Shown here: in pieces, positions 1 through 10,814 of the stretch
Numbering within the stretch: the stretch's first letter is position 1
Layout of the letters: every line of letters starts with the position of its first letter
Source of the DNA: a virus
Length of the DNA: 64,000 nt
Virus record (IMG/VR): IMGVR_UViG_3300045988_083782
Strand: one strand, 5' to 3'
The notes under the pieces: generated by a model
What the model was told of the DNA's origin: nothing
The model's database searches: none
Seen by the model: only the letters and a program-made list of their open reading frames with translations
Made by a program: the position numbers and the translations under genes

Positions 1-2001
1 TTATCTGAAGATTCACAATTCTACAATAAGAATTATAATGAAAATTCAGATGAATACTATCAACCTAAATCTTCTTTATATGGCAATGAAAAGCAGTTCG
101 CTGAACTGATGAAAGACAAAGATCTAAAGGCTCTATATTCTGCTATATTAGAGACTATGCACGAATCCAACGAAAAATTACCATTCTTAACAAAGAATGA
201 TCCATACAAATTACCACAGATTAGTGGTAGTATGTATCAGTTTGTAAAGAGTTAGGACAATCTGATTAAAGGCATGTTAAAGTATACAGCAGATTCCTTT
301 GTAGCTAATTCTGATGACGTTGGTTTTGCTCCAGAAAAGATAACAACTAGACCTGATGGATCTCCATTACGTATGGTTCCTACTTACTATATTAAAGATT
401 TAGACGATGTAACCACAATGACTAATGACTTAGTAGGAGCTGTTGTTTCTTACTATAAAATGGCAGAGAATTTCAAGTAGAAGACAGCAATTGCTCCAGA
501 CCTTGAGATTATAAAGAATCAGTTAGGTTTAAGAAACTTTACTGGTACTAATACTACTATGGATAGAGCGAAGAAATGGTTATTGTAGAAACAAGATCCT
601 AAGAAAGGTACAGAAACGCGTGTATACGAGTTTGCTAAGAACTTTATAGATATGCAAGTATATGGGGAGCTTACTAAAGGTAACTTCTTTACTATAAAAG
701 GCAAACAGTATAATTTGTCTAAGTTACTTTCGAAACTGAAGAATTGGGGAACCACTATTAACTTGGGTTTGAATTTCATTAGTGCTTCTGTAGGTTTTAT
801 TACTGCTTTACATACTTCTTTCATGATGGCTGTGCAAGGTAGGTATTTCAATATGGGTAATTATATGCACGCTTGGAAAAACACTATAACTAATCTTCAT
901 AAATCTGCGTGGAACATAGGTGCTAACAATATTAATAATAAGTATATTAACCTAATGGAATACTTTGAGGTTGGTACTGAACAAGATAGATTGTTTAAAG
1001 AATCAAATCTTAATAGAGCGGTAAAAGTAGCTAAACGAGATTGGGCATTCGGAATTTACTCCATGTCTGATTTTATAATTAAAGGCACTATCTTAAATTC
1101 CGTTATGTTAAACTTTAGGTACTTCAATGGCGAATTTCTGACAATGGAATAGTTCATGTAGAACTATAAAAACAATGAAGCAGAAGGAAAAGCAGTTTGG
1201 AGTACGTTACCTACTTCTTATGATGTAGTAAGTGTAGAGAATGGCATAATTAAAGTAGATCCTAAGTATGCTAAAGCATTTGAAGCTAAGAAGTTTGTAA
1301 TTAAAAACACCGCAGCTACTATGGCAGCTACAGCAGATGGTATGTTAACTCCATTACAGAGAACATAGATGCAAGCAAATGCTTGGGGCGCATTGTGTAT
1401 GATGCATAGACAGTATCTTCCTAATATGATATAGGAAAGACTTACTATGAAAAAACACTATGACTATAATACTGGAACTACTAGAGAAGCTCTTTATAGA
1501 ACACCACTTAGAGTAGCTAAAATGCTAATAAAAGACTGGGGTCAAAAGAAACAAATACTAGAAAGTTTAGATGCTTCTGATAGAGCTAATTTAAGACAAA
1601 TAATGACAGAATTACCATTACTGTTTGTAGTATATCCATTAATCTCTATAGCATTATCAGCAGAAGCAGATGATGATAAAGATAATTGGTTGAAACAATT
1701 ATGTGCATTACTTGTAGTTAGGTCTAAATTCGAAGCAGGAGCTCCATATAATGTATTAGATATTGTAAATACAGTTAAATCTCCATCTGCTATATTTAGT
1801 ATGACAGATAATATTTCTACTGTAATTAACTATCCTATATACTTGTTTAATAATGGCGATAAAGTATCCAAGTATGGCCCATATAAAGGATGGACTAAAC
1901 TAGAAAAATCATTACTTAAATTAACACCATTTAAGAATGTATGGGAACTTCAAGATCCAGCTATTAAGCGAAGGTACTTCTAGACACAAATTGATAAATA
2001 A
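1..2001 (+). CDS. C-terminal part of a large late protein (5' end outside the window), translated through several in-frame TAG codons
   Basis: Frame 1 has no TAA or TGA from nt 1 to the TAA at 1999-2001. ORF-track pieces 274-480, 652-1152 and 1447-1983 share this frame and are separated only by TAG. A hairpin terminator follows. Confidence 0.6.
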
Positions 2002-2006
2002 AAGTA

Positions 2007-2040
2007 AAGGCTACTATCCTCACGGACGGTAGCCTTTTTA
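2007..2040 (+). terminator. Rho-independent terminator
   Basis: Stem AAGGCTAC / GTAGCCTT with a 14-nt loop, followed by TTTTTA, 6 nt after the TAA. Confidence 0.6.
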
Positions 2041-2068
2041 TTGCTATGTTAACTGTGATATGTTTAAT

Positions 2069-2581
2069 TTAGATTTCTTCTAGAAACTTAGTATAACTAG
2101 GCTCTAGAACGTCCTTTAATGGAACTGTTTCTATGCATTTGCCTGAATAGGAAATGTCATAGATATAATCTTCTATATCAATTCTGTTAGAATATTTCCA
2201 TAACTTAAAGATTGCGACTTTATGTTTTGGAGTAAGACATCTATTACCACTATTCTTAAGTGCTTTAAATTCATGTCTAAAACACATTGGAACAGTAAAG
2301 ATAGCTAAGTCATAAAATACTCCATCTATCCTAATAGAATATCTATTATAGAAATTTCTATTTCTTTCTAACATTTGATCTAGTTGATCTACTTGTTTTA
2401 TAGTGTTACACTTAAATAGGATAAACAAATGATTCTCAAACCATGGGTAGTCTTTACTTTCATTGTACATGTTAACAAACATAGGACATTCAAGTAATTC
2501 ATTATTATCCATAATCAACTGCGACATAAACATTGCAGTTTTATTTAAGTTCCTCAATTCCGTCATTCTCGTAGTATTCAC
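2069..2581 (-). CDS. hypothetical protein (start uncertain; 2533 would avoid overlap with the upstream gene)
   Basis: 170-aa ORF ending in TAA, co-oriented in the early block. Confidence 0.5.
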   Translation of the reverse strand: MNTTRMTELRNLNKTAMFMSQLIMDNNELLECPMFVNMYNESKDYPWFENHLFILFKCNTIKQVDQLDQMLERNRNFYNRYSIRIDGVFYDLAIFTVPMCFRHEFKALKNSGNRCLTPKHKVAIFKLWKYSNRIDIEDYIYDISYSGKCIETVPLKDVLEPSYTKFLEEI

Positions 2582-3524
2582 GAGTATGTTCCCAATTACC
2601 AGAATTGATATGATATGATATTCCTTTTAAAGCGTCTGATATTACTTCTGACCTTTTGGATAACTCCTCAGGGTTCAACATATTGAACACTCTAATTTGA
2701 TTATTACCATTTGTTTGAATAGCTATTATATATGCCCTCTTTTCATATTCAGACATATCAATACCTAGTTCATTAGTAAAATACCAATCTAGAGCTTCAA
2801 AGTAAAATTCAAGCTGCCTATAATAGTCGTACTCTTCTACAGAATGCTTAAAGTTAAAAGCATCTGAAGTAGTTTTAAGGTCAATAAGAGTAACTACTTT
2901 ATTCTTATGATCTAATATAACTCTATCAATAAGAGATTTACAGTCTATTCCTGAAGACGAATGCGTCCAGTTAATATGAAATTCATTATGACTTTCTACA
3001 TCTTCGGTCCATAACAATTTCTTAGCTGCTACATGATTTTCTAGATTTGATTTAATGTTCTTTAACATATTCAAATCTGCAAAGGATATAATATTCTTAA
3101 AGTTTCTAGTTCTAAGATATTTTATATAGTTAGTATAAGTATCTACTAATTTAGTAGCATCATCTAATACAACTTCATCCTTTTTACTGTTACTATAAGA
3201 GCTCCTATATGCTTTAATCTTTAAAGTATCTACTGATTCTAGTGGTTCTGTAGACAATAGATTAGCATAGCATTCGCAGAAGGTCTTCTGCTGAGGTGCC
3301 TTAGGTGTATCAAAATCAAGTATTTCATAGTCTTTCCAGAATTCCTCTGGCTGTAAAATGTACTCGTGGATCATAGTACCTCTTTCAAGAAACTTACCAC
3401 TAAGTCCTTCCTCTTTATTATCGAGCATATCTCTTAGATATTGAGGCCCCTTATTAAGAAACCAACCTATCGCAGAGTTCGAAATACGAGTATTATCTTC
3501 ATAATAAGGAATTATTATTTCCAT
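2541..3524 (-). CDS. PD-(D/E)XK family nuclease/exonuclease (putative)
   Basis: ORF 2541-3548; likely start is MEIIIPYY at 3524. Motifs GTMIHEY and ILD...LIDLKTT fit a RecB/Cas4-like nuclease core. Confidence 0.55.
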   Translation of the reverse strand: MEIIIPYYEDNTRISNSAIGWFLNKGPQYLRDMLDNKEEGLSGKFLERGTMIHEYILQPEEFWKDYEILDFDTPKAPQQKTFCECYANLLSTEPLESVDTLKIKAYRSSYSNSKKDEVVLDDATKLVDTYTNYIKYLRTRNFKNIISFADLNMLKNIKSNLENHVAAKKLLWTEDVESHNEFHINWTHSSSGIDCKSLIDRVILDHKNKVVTLIDLKTTSDAFNFKHSVEEYDYYRQLEFYFEALDWYFTNELGIDMSEYEKRAYIIAIQTNGNNQIRVFNMLNPEELSKRSEVISDALKGISYHINSGNWEHTREYYENDGIEELK

Positions 3525-3525
3525 A

Positions 3526-3795
3526 TTATGCAGCCTCACATTTTTCAAGAACAGAACTGTTCATGTAGTTATTAAAGTCTTTAACTTCCTTTAATTTTTC
3601 TTCCTACATTTTAATGCGTCTGTATGCAAAAAATGCACCTTTTGCATCACCATTGATTATGTTAGTCTCAAAATCTTCTCTAGCTTCTTCTAACATACGT
3701 TCTTGCTCGTTAAGAAAATTACACAATGATCTTCTGAACTTTACTTCAGATGCAAGGTTCTTTACCTTTTTAATAATACTTTGTAGTACATTCAT
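3526..3795 (-). CDS. small hypothetical protein, apparently extended through TAG at 3604-3606
   Basis: The 63-aa ORF ends in TAG. Read-through adds 26 protein-like codons (EEKLKEVKDFNNYMNSSVLEKCEAA) and ends at TAA 3526-3528, 1 nt before the next gene's ATG. Confidence 0.4.
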
Positions 3796-3897
3796 AATTT
3801 AAAATTTTTTCAACCTCTCAATTTTTCATCTTTCAAAAAACTGATTCCTCAGTTTACGTGTGAAATAGGGAGTAACCAAACTCCCTATTCCTATACT

Positions 3898-4839
3898 TTA
3901 ATTCATTCTTATATTCTGTAAAAACTCTTCAAAATTAATTACAGGAATATCTTCGTCGTCATCATCATCTTCGTAGTCATCAAAACTAGCTTCGCAATTA
4001 TCATCTTCTTCACAAGAAGTATCTTCACAATCATGAATTTCTTCTTCTTCAGTTGAATCAATTGGTTTTGAATTCTTAAGCTCAATATTCATATCCTGAG
4101 CAATTACTGTATTAGACAGTTCAGGGAACATAAGCTTTTCATCGATAAATGATAAAATGTTATCAATAGATAACAAACAGAAGTTATTAATAATGAAATT
4201 ATAAGTATTTTCAATTTCGTTCAAAGCAATACCTTTATCTCTAAGGATTTCCTTCAAGAAACGAGCATTATCGTTTGCTTCAAAGTGTCTCTTGTAACGA
4301 ATGCGAGAACAGCGATTCTGTAAGAATTCACTAATATTGTTTTCATTATTACAAGTAAAGAGTACTAGCTTTTTAGCATTAGTCTGTACACCATCTAACC
4401 ATCCTAACAGTTCCTCTGTATTCCAATGCTTATCCACTTCATCAAAGATAACTGCTACTGGAATAGAGAACTTACGGAAAAAATCATTGATTCTTCCTGT
4501 AGGGAAATCTTCATCAACGACAATAACTGGTAGATTCGAATTCTGTGCAATGACTTTAGCCATAACAGTCTTTCCGGTACCTTTAACACCAGAAAGCATT
4601 ACGCCAGTTGATAATTTATCAGTTTTCTCAAAGTAAGTATTTACACGTTTAATGAAGATTTTATCTTCATCTGTAGAATACACTTTAGAAGGCAAGTTTA
4701 GTGAACCATCCTCTTCAAAGTAAGACATACCTTCATACCGATTATACTTTAGATTATAGACTTTGCCATGCTCTAATTCATAATCTAATCCTTTGGGTTT
4801 ACTAATAATCTTATCACCTAGTTTAATAAATTCTGCCAT
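3898..4839 (-). CDS. AAA+ ATPase with highly acidic C-terminus
   Basis: Walker A GVKGTGKT, Walker B VIFDEVD, and a C-terminal run of D/E/C residues. Confidence 0.75.
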   Translation of the reverse strand: MAEFIKLGDKIISKPKGLDYELEHGKVYNLKYNRYEGMSYFEEDGSLNLPSKVYSTDEDKIFIKRVNTYFEKTDKLSTGVMLSGVKGTGKTVMAKVIAQNSNLPVIVVDEDFPTGRINDFFRKFSIPVAVIFDEVDKHWNTEELLGWLDGVQTNAKKLVLFTCNNENNISEFLQNRCSRIRYKRHFEANDNARFLKEILRDKGIALNEIENTYNFIINNFCLLSIDNILSFIDEKLMFPELSNTVIAQDMNIELKNSKPIDSTEEEEIHDCEDTSCEEDDNCEASFDDYEDDDDDEDIPVINFEEFLQNIRMN

Positions 4840-4845
4840 AATTTG

Positions 4846-5235
4846 TTATTTTTTTGAAAGTTCGTTGACCATCTCGTCAACTTGTTTCTGATTACGGACT
4901 AAAAACAACTTATAGTCCTTGTTTTCTTGTTTTAAATAATACTTAAAGATCTTCCATCTTAACGGAAAACTATCCGTTACAAGACCTTTACATTCTATGA
5001 TAAAGTTTTTTCCAACAAAATCGGGAAGATAAGTCATAGCTCTTACCTTTTCTCCATTATATTCAAACTTTGGAATAAGCTCAAAGTGAGTAGATTCATA
5101 TTCTGCATCTATTCCAGCTTCTTTAAGCTTTTTGTAGGTATAAGTTTCGAGTTTACTTCTAAACTTTATACCATCATATATATTTGGAGTAGCATTACGT
5201 ACTTTTCCCTACGATTTCTTCTTACTTTTATTCAT
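4846..5235 (-). CDS. DUF1064-like PD-(D/E)XK nuclease (putative Holliday-junction resolvase class), one in-frame TAG at 5209-5211
   Basis: ATG at 5233-5235. N-terminal DGIKFRSKLETYTYKKL and later LPDF...IECKG match the DUF1064 pattern only if the TAG is read as sense. Confidence 0.6.
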
Positions 5236-5464
5236 AACTAATATGAGTGTATGAAATATTTTTGTGAATAAGATATTCTGGTTCCTTTTTAGCAATATTA
5301 TTAATTGCCTTAGCTACACGTCGAGTATCTTCTTGAAGTGAAGACAGCATATATGCTAAATATAATTTCGGAAAGAACCGAATAATAAAAGGAACAAACA
5401 CAAAAATCTCAAGTAATGCTAATAGAAACGCTGCTAAGGTTAAGTATAAAATAAATGCTGTCAT
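5228..5464 (-). CDS. small membrane protein
   Basis: 78-aa ORF with a hydrophobic N-terminal half (FILYLTLAAFLLALLEIFVFVPFII). Confidence 0.4.
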   Translation of the reverse strand: MTAFILYLTLAAFLLALLEIFVFVPFIIRFFPKLYLAYMLSSLQEDTRRVAKAINNIAKKEPEYLIHKNISYTHISYE

Positions 5465-6438
5465 ATTTTTTTCTTTTTTAGTTCTTTATCTAGCCATTGG
5501 CTAACTTCTTGGAATGATGTACTCTTAATAGAATCAGAGACATCTTTAGAGTGAAATTTCTTATGCATTAACATGACTTCTAAGTCATATTGTTTACCTA
5601 TTTTACGACTATACTTAACACCAGCTTTATCTCTATCAAATAGTACGATAATACGCTTAAATCGCTTCTTTAGGTCCTCTAAGACTACATTAGGTATAAA
5701 TGTGGATTCACTTGATGGAGATATAGCACTATATCCCATTTCATGCAAACACATTACATCCTTCATACTCTTAGTAATAAACAGTATATCACCAGAATCT
5801 GGCAATTGTTTAAAACCTTGAATATCCATTTCGGTTAAGTTATTACGCCATTTCGTATACTTATCTCCTAATGGTCTATATATCTTAAAGTTGTTATATA
5901 CCTTATAGGCATACATAGGATTTTCATTCTTGTAAACTCCTTTAACAATACCATTACATAAATAGTATTTAATACTAAATACATCATATTTCTTTAGTGT
6001 ATCTAGGGAAATATTAAACTGAGCCCAGTAATTGATATCAATTTGTGTAAAGTCTTGCCTTACGATACCAATTACTGTCTCTGTTGACGGTATATATTGC
6101 TTAGAGCTAACGAGTTTTGTTTTGTTGGTAATCTTTAGTTTGTCTACTATATCCTTTAGGATTTCATTGTAATCTGTAATACCAGTATATAATGAAACAA
6201 ACTTTATTACATTACCACATTCACCTGTTCCATGATCCTTAAATAAGAGTTGTTTGGTACGCTTACTATAATATATTCCAAATGAAGGATTCTTATCCTT
6301 TCTAAATGGACTATTATAGATCATACCTACTTTAAAGCTACCAATATACTGAGCATATATGTCATACTCAGTTACTTTAGATAGTATATAATCTAAAGTA
6401 ATATTAGTAGGTAGTTTTACTCTTTTTTTATCGTACAT
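5461..6438 (-). CDS. DNA primase (Toprim type)
   Basis: SPFRKDKNPSFGIYY primase-like N-terminal motif; Toprim-like ILFITKSMKDV and VLFDRDKAG. Confidence 0.7.
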   Translation of the reverse strand: MYDKKRVKLPTNITLDYILSKVTEYDIYAQYIGSFKVGMIYNSPFRKDKNPSFGIYYSKRTKQLLFKDHGTGECGNVIKFVSLYTGITDYNEILKDIVDKLKITNKTKLVSSKQYIPSTETVIGIVRQDFTQIDINYWAQFNISLDTLKKYDVFSIKYYLCNGIVKGVYKNENPMYAYKVYNNFKIYRPLGDKYTKWRNNLTEMDIQGFKQLPDSGDILFITKSMKDVMCLHEMGYSAISPSSESTFIPNVVLEDLKKRFKRIIVLFDRDKAGVKYSRKIGKQYDLEVMLMHKKFHSKDVSDSIKSTSFQEVSQWLDKELKKKKI

Positions 6439-6439
6439 G

Positions 6440-6838
6440 TTATTTCTTTAATAAAGATAATTCCCTATCTAGTACTTTTCTGAAAACAGCTTCATCATCA
6501 ATTGAACAAACTCCACCATGTAGTGCATCATCACTAGGACTATATGGTTTAATTGTACGTATATATTTGTCTTCTTTACCACTTAATGAAAAGCTCCACA
6601 CTTCTCCTCCACGGATATCATATGATTCTTTGTAGTATAATAGATCTCTTTCATAGTCAAAACCTTTAACTAGAAACAATCTATTGAAATTAATATCTAC
6701 TACATATGTATTAGGTTTAATATCCTTAATATTAGGTATAATTAAATCTAACAGATCACTAATCATATAGTGTAAATGATCAAATCTATTTTTATTTCCA
6801 ATTTTAGTTAATTCTTTCTCTAAGAAACTTTTTTTCAT
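6440..6838 (-). CDS. hypothetical protein
   Basis: 132-aa ORF, tightly packed against the primase gene. Confidence 0.5.
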   Translation of the reverse strand: MKKSFLEKELTKIGNKNRFDHLHYMISDLLDLIIPNIKDIKPNTYVVDINFNRLFLVKGFDYERDLLYYKESYDIRGGEVWSFSLSGKEDKYIRTIKPYSPSDDALHGGVCSIDDEAVFRKVLDRELSLLKK

Positions 6839-7126
6839 TATCAGTAAGTTCTCGCTCTCGCTTAATCTTTCTGAATTTACGTAATTTTCTGATAGTCATA
6901 ACTATAGATTTTAATGTGATATGCAGAGAAACCAATCTCTGCATACCTAAACTAACTAATAGGAATCCAACCTATGTAATCATTGATCCAATGATTAATA
7001 TAACTAACATCGCAACTCTGGTCTACACGTGTACGGCGTGAGTACACTCGATTGAACATGATTAGTTATACTCGCTATCGCACTTGCGTATAGTTAGTCG
7101 ATTAACGCGCTAATCTAAAAAATATC

Positions 7127-7930
7127 TTAATCCTCTTCCTCTACATCATCATTAAACAAACGGGAAATACTCCGCAGTTTGTGTGCAGCATCTCCTGTGG
7201 TTAAACATTCACCTCTGCCGATATAAATATCTTGTTTGGTTTCTGTATATTTAACTGAAGCAGATGCTCCCATACAGGGATCTACGTAGAATTTAGCAGC
7301 TCTGAATTTGAACATCCAGAATCTAAACATCCACGAAGATACTGAAGTTAGAATTAATGGTTTAATTAGAGTTTCCTCTGGCTTCTTTACCATTACTTCT
7401 ACATGCAACAAGTCAATATCTTCACCTCTATAGGATCCAACGTTTTTAGTATCTGTATAAACAGAAATACCAATTCTATAACCTTGATCCTCTAGATAAT
7501 CAACAAGTCGCATTACTGTATAAGCTCTGATCATTAATGATTCAGAGCTACACCAGGAATTTTCACAAATACAAACATGTAAATTAATAAACTTACCTTG
7601 TCCAGCACCGTGATTTCGTATACGTTTTTTCATGGCAGGCATCCGTTCTAAGAACCGATCATAATTCATATCATCGCCATCAAATTCGTCATACTTATAT
7701 TTCTTTCTTGAACCTCCAAGAAATAAATCTTCTTCGATTTTCTTAAGATTATCTAGACCTTCTTTGTAAGAAAACTTACTTTCTAGAATCTTTTCTCTAG
7801 ATAGACCTACCCATTCTGGATCGTTTCGTCTATCCATTTCTTCCCATATATTCAGTCGACCGGTTTCTTCAACTTTGTCGGCTTCAATATAGAACTGTTC
7901 TACACTTGGTAACTTAATAGATAAATTCAT
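7127..7930 (-). CDS. hypothetical protein, translationally coupled to the upstream AAA ATPase
   Basis: 267-aa ORF. Its ATG overlaps the TAA of gene 7930-9219 by 1 nt. Confidence 0.5.
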   Translation of the reverse strand: MNLSIKLPSVEQFYIEADKVEETGRLNIWEEMDRRNDPEWVGLSREKILESKFSYKEGLDNLKKIEEDLFLGGSRKKYKYDEFDGDDMNYDRFLERMPAMKKRIRNHGAGQGKFINLHVCICENSWCSSESLMIRAYTVMRLVDYLEDQGYRIGISVYTDTKNVGSYRGEDIDLLHVEVMVKKPEETLIKPLILTSVSSWMFRFWMFKFRAAKFYVDPCMGASASVKYTETKQDIYIGRGECLTTGDAAHKLRSISRLFNDDVEEED

Positions 7931-9219
7931 TATGCTGCATATTTAACTTGATAACGATCATTAGTTGATAGTGGATTGTTTAAACGATCAAACACAATTC
8001 GTTTTTCATTATCAGACCAGTTAATAATTAATCGGTCTTTCCAATCAGCAAAATAGTTATTCTTCATTGTATGACCTGCTTGAATCATACGAGTAGAAGC
8101 AATACGGCGTAACTGTTCATCTTTAATGATGCAACGAAGTGAGTTAACATAACTAACAACCTCTTCATCATATTGAGATTCAAACTTGTCAGAGTAATTA
8201 ACATCAATAATACCTCCAACAAATCGGTCAATAGTTGATGCATCTAACTGGTTATTAGCTACATACTGACGATCAGCACCATTACCAAATGTATTTGAAG
8301 TAGCAATAATAATGCACTCCGGATGACGATGAACAAGACCTGTTGTAGTCTCAATTTCACCATTCGCTAGAGCGGCATTACATACCTGTGCTACAGCAGG
8401 ATCCAATGCAGTAAACTCGTCAATAAGAATTACAGACGGTTTATTATAATACTCGCTGAATTTCGTACTTTCTCGTTCCGGATACTTATATCCTACAAAC
8501 TCAGTTGCAGAAGTACCGATACCACAAGAAATACACAAGTAAGGAAGATTAAGTTGTTTTGCTACATTACGAGCAATAGTTGATTTACCACAACCTGCTG
8601 GTCCTACCATCCAAATGTTTGTTACACCAGATTCGATAGTCTTAAGTAGTTTTTCTTCAGGTTCAAGTTTAGCAAAGTCAATAGCTTTTGCTTTAAATTC
8701 TTCCTCTGCTTTACGCTTTTCTTCCTCTTTCTTCTTTCTTTCTTCTTCCTGTTTCTCAGCTTCTTCCATAGCTTTTTTCAATTCTTCGAGTTTAGACTGT
8801 AAATCACTATAACTACGTAACTGGATACCTGATTTAGAAGTTTTATATTCAGTTCCACTTTCACTACGTAATGTGAATTTGTATTCTCCTTTTGTTACAT
8901 TCTTATCTACAGCAACAACAAGAAAGAATCCTGTAGGATTTACTCGTATAGATTTTCCTTCTTTGTCTTTAATACTACTATTAATAGTAGCAAAGATAGT
9001 ATCACCTACTTTTAAATCTTTTATTGATGTTTTACTTTTTGCATCAATAAAATCATCACAGTTAGGTTTTTCCTTTCTGGAGTTAGGTTTTTTCTTTCTG
9101 GTAGGAGGAGTAGGATCTCCCGATCCATCTTCTCCATTAGTTGGTGTAGTACTAGCTTCTTCAAAAGGAGCGTTCCCTTGAAAAGTAGTTACATTACATA
9201 GTTTTTCAATCTCAATCAT
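7930..9219 (-). CDS. MoxR/AAA_5-like ATPase with basic N-terminus and charged coiled-coil linker
   Basis: Walker A GPAGCGKST and Walker B VILIDEF. The start is placed at MIEIEKL (9219) because the longer ORF would run into the tRNA-like element. Confidence 0.7.
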   Translation of the reverse strand: MIEIEKLCNVTTFQGNAPFEEASTTPTNGEDGSGDPTPPTRKKKPNSRKEKPNCDDFIDAKSKTSIKDLKVGDTIFATINSSIKDKEGKSIRVNPTGFFLVVAVDKNVTKGEYKFTLRSESGTEYKTSKSGIQLRSYSDLQSKLEELKKAMEEAEKQEEERKKKEEEKRKAEEEFKAKAIDFAKLEPEEKLLKTIESGVTNIWMVGPAGCGKSTIARNVAKQLNLPYLCISCGIGTSATEFVGYKYPERESTKFSEYYNKPSVILIDEFTALDPAVAQVCNAALANGEIETTTGLVHRHPECIIIATSNTFGNGADRQYVANNQLDASTIDRFVGGIIDVNYSDKFESQYDEEVVSYVNSLRCIIKDEQLRRIASTRMIQAGHTMKNNYFADWKDRLIINWSDNEKRIVFDRLNNPLSTNDRYQVKYAA

Positions 9220-9261
9220 GATATGATAAAATTTGTAAATAATTCGATAAATAAAAACGTG

Positions 9262-9384
9262 GAGAGAGTAGTGGAATCGAACCACTCCCTGTTTAAGCAT
9301 AATTTACTCAATTAATGAATTAAACTGTCCTAAATATGATACAGATTTTTTATAATCTTATCGCACCTTGCAGACGCACTCTCT
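9262..9384 (-). ncRNA. long tRNA-like element (acceptor stem and T-arm clear, body of about 90 nt unresolved)
   Basis: Minus strand: 5' AGAGAGT ... AGTGG TTCGATT CCACT ACTCTCT C 3'. It has a perfect 7-bp acceptor pairing and a canonical T-arm. Total length is 123 nt. Confidence 0.35.
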
Positions 9385-9403
9385 CGTTGCCGTTATTCTT
9401 CTA

Positions 9404-10057
9404 TTAGAACGGCAATTGATTAGGGTTTGAATCTTCTCCTGAAGTAAAATCATTTGTAGTAAATGAATTAACAGAAGAAGTACCCATAGCATTCAGTGTA
9501 AGTGAAGTAGCCAAATTTGTTACTGTCTTTTCACTGTCTGCTGTTACCGGTTTTGTGAATTGGTCAATACCTAATTCAACAATAGCGGATGCAGAACCTT
9601 CTGGTAATACCATAGGTTCGATAAATGTATACTTTGCATACGAAGGCAAAGTAGTATAACCATCTTTATTATAAACTACTTTAACACGTAAGAGCTTGGA
9701 CTTGTCTGCATTATTAAGATATGTTACTACCTCGTTTGCAAATTCTTCAAAGCTAGTACCATTAAAGACTAGTTCTTCATTCTTATAGAAACAAAGCAAA
9801 ATCTGCATCATACGCGAAAACTGAGTATCTTCTTTTGCTTGAAGCTGTTCGTCAGTCATACCTTCGAACTTAGTAGGCTTCCACTCTGTTTGCGTAAGAG
9901 TTGCTCCTTCCTTCTCGAAAGTGATTTCCAAGAAATCTTTTCCGGTAGGAGATTTGGCTACTCTTGCTGATTTTAATGTTACGTTTTCGATAATTCCTGT
10001 AGGAATAAACTTTACATCTTTCTTTGCTATTGTTAAGGCTCTTTCTTTACTATACAT
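9404..10057 (-). CDS. single-stranded DNA-binding protein (putative)
   Basis: Sits in the replication module. The acidic C-terminal tail ends ...GEDSNPNQLPF, like the SSB tip DDDIPF. Confidence 0.55.
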   Translation of the reverse strand: MYSKERALTIAKKDVKFIPTGIIENVTLKSARVAKSPTGKDFLEITFEKEGATLTQTEWKPTKFEGMTDEQLQAKEDTQFSRMMQILLCFYKNEELVFNGTSFEEFANEVVTYLNNADKSKLLRVKVVYNKDGYTTLPSYAKYTFIEPMVLPEGSASAIVELGIDQFTKPVTADSEKTVTNLATSLTLNAMGTSSVNSFTTNDFTSGEDSNPNQLPF

Positions 10058-10073
10058 GTTCTTTCTAATTTAT

Positions 10074-10814
10074 TTATTCTGGTAAAAATATTTTATCCCA
10101 ATGAACGGTTACTTCATTGTTTTCATTGCTATCTGCAATTGCTATTTTCTGTCCTCTAAGATGTGGAGCTCGTGCCTCTCTTACTGAGTTATCGCCACCT
10201 TCGAACGAAATTATAGTTTCATTCTTTTTACGGTATACATAACCTACAGCATCAGCTTCCCCGCAGACAATATCACCTAAACGTCCAACAAGGTCAATAG
10301 CCATTTCTGTGAGCTCTTCTCCATCTTTATTGATCATCTTATCTTTAGTATGACCAATTAGGATAAAGTTATCACATAGTTCCTTGAACATATTAATAAC
10401 TTTCTTTACAGCTTCTCTAATATAGAGATATCCAGCACCATTAGGTAACTGTCTAACATCTTCTCCTTTGAATGATTTACCCATTGGAGTTTGTCTATAT
10501 AGAGATGCTGCAAATGGTAAACATATCTCCTCTAAACGAGTAGCATTATCAATTGCAATATACTTGTAAGGTCTCTTACCAGTCTCTGCAATCTTCTGTC
10601 TAATAGCATTTGCGATTTCTCCAAGATCATTGACTGTTCTAGCCTGAATTGAGAGGGCTTCGAGAAACTCGGAGCCACCCTCTAAATCGACTATAAGACA
10701 GCCATCTAACTTAGAAATCAATGTAGTTTTACCAGATTTTGGTTTGCCAAATAAGATCAGAAATCTAGGATTCTGCACCTTTGGCGCATTCTTTTCAGTA
10801 GGTAGTACTAACAT
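10074..10814 (-). CDS. Sak4-like (AAA_24) RecA-fold recombination ATPase
   Basis: Walker A GKPKSGKTT near the N-terminus, Walker B-like ILIGH; size and context fit. Confidence 0.6.
   Translation of the reverse strand: MLVLPTEKNAPKVQNPRFLILFGKPKSGKTTLISKLDGCLIVDLEGGSEFLEALSIQARTVNDLGEIANAIRQKIAETGKRPYKYIAIDNATRLEEICLPFAASLYRQTPMGKSFKGEDVRQLPNGAGYLYIREAVKKVINMFKELCDNFILIGHTKDKMINKDGEELTEMAIDLVGRLGDIVCGEADAVGYVYRKKNETIISFEGGDNSVREARAPHLRGQKIAIADSNENNEVTVHWDKIFLPE

Noticed and set aside
8615-9181. Plus-strand ORFs 8615-8812 and 8873-9181.
   Set aside because: They are antisense to the AAA ATPase gene's charged and low-complexity N-terminal region. The sequences are Ser/Phe-rich shadow products.
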